A stretch of DNA of 63,554 nt, counting the filler, from Chiloscyllium plagiosum (Eukaryota): NCBI RefSeq assembly GCF_004010195.1. It is 5 parts of one record of this genome, joined end to end, with 100 filler letters (N's around TTAATTAATTAA, not from the genome) between each part and the next. Parts side by side here need not be neighbours in the genome. Positions count along the whole stretch, not along the records: positions 60,831 to 63,554 come from NC_057712.1; 4 more parts are not named here. One strand, given 5' to 3'. A model generated the notes under the pieces. It worked only from the letters and a program-made list of their open reading frames with translations. It had not been told where the DNA came from and searched no databases. The translations under genes were made by a program, and so were the position numbers. Below are positions 60,951-63,554 of this stretch, piece after piece (positions within the stretch are counted from its first letter, which is position 1; every line of letters begins with the position of its first letter).

Positions 60951-62030
60951 CTATATAGACGACGTCTATTGTTCTACCCTCGTCAAGGATGCTGGTCACT
61001 TCTTCAAATAGCCCTAACAAATTTGGGAGGCATGATCTCCCACACACAAAGCCATGTGGACTACTCCTAATCAAACCCAGTCTTTCCAAATGCATGTATA
61101 TCTTATCCCTCAGAACTTTCAAGCACCTTATCTACCACAGATGTTAGGCTTGCTGGTCTCTTGTTGCCAGGTTTATCTTTGCAGCCCTTCTTGAATAAGG
61201 GCACATTGTTCATTACCTCCCATCTCCTGAAGTCCAATATAAAGACAACCTAGTCTCTCTCTCTCTCTAGTTATTCTTAATGCACTCATAGAATCTCTTT
61301 GGATTATCCTTAACCTTACATGCCAAGGCTCGCTCATATCCCCGCTTTGCCTTCCAGATTTCCCTCTCAACAATGTCTCTGCACTCTTTATACTCTTCAA
61401 GAGATTCATTTAATCCCAGTTGTCTATTATACAATTCTCTTATTCTTGGCTCGAACCTCTATATTTATTCATCCATTGCTCCCTCATCTCACCACCCTTA
61501 TGTTTTACTCTAACAGGAACATAATGCTTCTGCACTCATTATCATACTTTTGAAAGCCTTTATTAGTCATTCCTTTACCAATGAACAGACTACTCCAATC
61601 AACTTTTGAAAGTTTTTGTCTCATGCTATTAAAATTTGCCTTACTCCAATTAAGAACTTGGAATTTTATGGAAAAGGATGAGCCTTCCATAATTCTATTA
61701 GTTTTAAAATAGTTATGTTCACTAGTCCCAAAAGTGTTCTTATACAAATACCTCAATTACTATACCTTATTTCTCAAGAGAAGGTAAAAGTTTTTCTCCT
61801 TTTCTAGTAGGAACATTCACACGTTGATGAAGAAAATTTTCTTTCAACGCATTTAGCAAATTCCTCATCATCCAAACCTTTAACATGTCAGTCGATGTTT
61901 GGAAATTAAAATTCCCTACTAGTATAAACCTATTATTCTTACATATATCAGATGTCTCTACATATTTACTCCTCAATTTCCCTCTGACTACTGGGGGGGT
62001 GCTACAGCACAATCTTAGCAAGGTGATCAT
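60951..62030 (-). mobile_element. Degenerate CR1 ORF2 fragment
   Basis: HGFVCGRSCLPNLLGLFEEVT and LVGNFNF remnants. Confidence 0.75.
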
Positions 62031-63317
62031 GCCCTTCTACTCACTACATTCAGTTTAACACTGAATCTCTATACACTTCCCCTCCCCATCACTACAACTT
62101 AGTGCTAAATAAATCAAATCAGGCTCAATTACCTTTTTTTATACTCTCCACAAATGGTGCACATCTTAATTTCTCTGTTCTTATTTAGTTCAAAGCTCTC
62201 ATTACTGCCTAAGTTATAGAGCTAAATAGAACCTTAACAGCACAACTCCTACTTTTTCAGTGCTGGGGCCAGTGCTCCAGGAATCGAAACCCTTCACTTC
62301 GGTAACAAACTTTGAACCCAAATTCAAATCTAATCTGATTTACACGACTCCAATTTGCTCACAGCTCAGGTAATTATGCATTTAAGTGTCATTTGCTTAG
62401 TTCTAACAATGTTGTTGGTATCCATGTGAACCATGACAATTGGATCCTCCATAAAGTTTCAGCTTTGAGCAGGAATCCGGAACCTTAGTACCAAGCAGAC
62501 TACACAATGATTTGTATTCAGGTGTTCAGTAGTACAGAACTGTGTCTATTCTTTCTATTATATAACCTCCTGCCACTACATTAAAAACAAAAATGAACAA
62601 TAAGCAAAAGCTGGCCACTTGATCTTTTGAACCTGTTCAGCCATGCAATGAGATCACGACTTCCAATTTTAATGTGTGACAATGCTGTCACTTTTTTTAA
62701 AAAAGTTACTTTGTCCTGTGTCTTTTTTTTTAAAAAAAGAGGTTGTAAAGACAAAAGTGGCAAAGAATATATGGAGCTATTTTTGTTTTAACAGTTTATC
62801 AATATGAAGGGGAGTGGCCAGTTCTCCCCGTTCAGATTTTCTAGTTTTCTTTAAGCTGTAGTAATCACAAGATGCTGGAATCCAGAACAATTGGAAGCTT
62901 CTGTAATTATTCCTAACTGACTTTCTCTGAAATCTCTCTAGATGCAGCTCCCTCCTGCTTGTAAGGATCTGTTTGAATTTACCTTTTTTGCCAAGAGGTG
63001 TGTTTATGGATGTTACTGTGTTGAAACAGTTAATTAGTTCAGTTACTGCATTGAGTCAGTTAAGTTTTCCAATTGTTGTTATTCTAAATTCTGCTTTATT
63101 TTGTTCATGTTTCAATTATAGTGTTTAAATTGAGAATGTGTATAAGGTATGAGCAAGTAGGGAAAGAGTTAATTTTAGGGTTGCATGATAAAGGCTCAGC
63201 TCACATGACTTTGACCAGATAAGAACCTGCAGTAAACAATGAGGTACTGGAGGCAAGGGCAGTGGTTTACAGAGGTGAAGAACATCTGTTGCGTAATGCG
63301 TTAATAAGGTGAAGAAT

Positions 63318-63554
63318 ATAGAACACAGAACATAGAAGAATACAGCGCAGTACAGGCCCTTCGGCCCTCGATGTTGCGCCGATCCAAGCCCACCTAACCT
63401 ACACTAGCCCACTATCCTCCATATGCCTATCCAATGCCCGCTTAAATGCCCATAATGAGGGAGAGTCCACCACTGCTACTGGCAGAGCATTCCATGATCT
63501 CACGACTCGCTGAGTAAAGAACCTACACCTAACATCTGTCCTATACCTAGCACC
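63318..63554 (-). mobile_element. CR1 3' end, truncated by the window edge
   Basis: Reverse (TGTTCTA)n tail and FFTQRVVRSWNALP. Confidence 0.85.

Overview
Vertebrate genomic DNA, most likely from a shark (HE1-type tRNA-derived V-SINEs, dense CR1 LINEs, shark-type Penelope termini), from a gapped scaffold with artificial N44-TTAATTAATTAA-N44 spacers. The only host gene I can support is an axonemal dynein heavy chain, best matching DNAH8, on the minus strand. I read five GT-AG exons by hand (56253-56466, 55198-55307, 44422-44585, 37039-37202, 5065-5167). They are out of protein order: the three AAA3-region exons lie transcriptionally upstream of the two linker-region exons, with a spacer gap between the blocks. 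Almost everything else is intronic retroelement sequence: many CR1 copies (one near full length), an L1-clade element, nested Rex1 fragments, a two-LTR Gmr1-like Gypsy element with SCAN-like gag and PR-IN-RT-RH order, solo LTRs, SINEs and Penelope-like elements. The most notable non-genic signal is about 14 minimal type-I hammerhead ribozyme motifs of four covarying stem-II families. They sit in Penelope termini, in inverted Penelope structures and in 100-150 bp stand-alone insertions with clean target-site duplications. All family assignments are from recall and pattern recognition; no searches were run, and most repeat boundaries are approximate.
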